A stretch of 64,000 nucleotides of DNA, taken from positions 4,391,624-4,455,623 of the forward strand of contig BDGG01000001.1 in assembly GCA_001949185.1 (NCBI GenBank), given 5' to 3'. Below, one piece after another: positions 63,387 to 64,000 of this stretch; within the stretch, counting starts at the first letter, position 1; each line of letters opens with the position of its first letter. The position numbers and the translations under genes are program-made. Under the pieces are notes generated by a model that was not told where the DNA came from, ran no database searches, and worked only from the letters and a program-made list of their open reading frames with translations. Source of the DNA: Ramazzottius varieornatus (taxonomy: Eukaryota; Animalia; Tardigrada).

Positions 63387-63943
63387 TAGAGACGGGATAA
63401 GTGTGATTAAGTTCGGTTTGGTATATTTCGATTTGGTAAATCTTCACACCGAATCGAAAATCTCGGTATGAAGTCCACACCGATATTTTCGGTTTGGTAA
63501 GTCGTCACACCAAAATTTCGATTTACCAAACCGAATCACACCGAAAAATCGGTAAACCAAAACACGAAAATCTCTTTTCAACCACAAAACCAGACGAAGA
63601 TAGCCCAAAACGAGGAGTTTGCAGGCTATTTGGTGTGTCTTCAGATGGTAGAAGCGTTTTCCCACACCGCGTGGTTTGGCTAACTGGCACAAAATACCGT
63701 GAAAAAGCCGGAAACTTTCCCGATATTGTTGAAAAATCGGTCAAATTCTTATCTTTCCGGGTCTTTTTGTATGTTTTGATTTGGTATCAATTTGGTATCA
63801 ATTTGGTGCCTACGCACACCGAAATCGAGTTTTCGCTGTGGGGCTCACACCAATATTTTCAGTTTCGGTATCTTCTCACACCAAATCGAAAAGTTCGATT
63901 TAGTTTCGATAAATTTCGGTAAACCACACTTATCCCATCTCTA
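63387..63943. mobile_element. Non-autonomous hAT-like element (~557 bp)
   Basis: TIR TAGAGACGGGATAAGTGTG / CACACTTATCCCATCTCTA; many subterminal CCGAA/ACCAAA repeats; TSD not preserved. Confidence 0.72.
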
Positions 63944-64000
63944 CGTGGCACGGTGATGAGCTTGTATATGTTCCGCACCGCGAGGTATACAGGTAGATGC

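Overview
This window is intron-rich animal genomic DNA. Compact genes with ~50-150 bp introns, moderate GC and an ecdysozoan-like gene set suggest a tardigrade such as Ramazzottius; that is inference, not verified. Genes in order: 5' coding exon of a class I myosin (-), divergent TOM70 (-), an ankyrin + pre-SET/SET G9a/EHMT-like protein with a destroyed active site (+), an intron-retaining PCCB fragment inside a mosaic TE-like segment, a secreted DOMON-mucin protein (-), type I diacylglycerol kinase (-), a degenerate intron-containing pogo (DD35D) transposon, SNX8 (-), a large cadherin (+), FoxF (+), two complete and one partial tandem natriuretic-receptor/receptor-guanylate-cyclase ectodomain genes with no cyclase (+), and a ZP-domain protein (-). 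Several MITEs are present. The most striking unexplained signal is a family of ~47-bp palindromic elements, AAGTGGCGCAC-N24/25-GTGCGCCACTT, with a conserved asymmetric core. At least 13 copies occur in 64 kb: 12 in introns of unrelated genes (four of them in the pogo transposase introns) and one upstream of the myosin exon. Exon boundaries were read by eye and are approximate.
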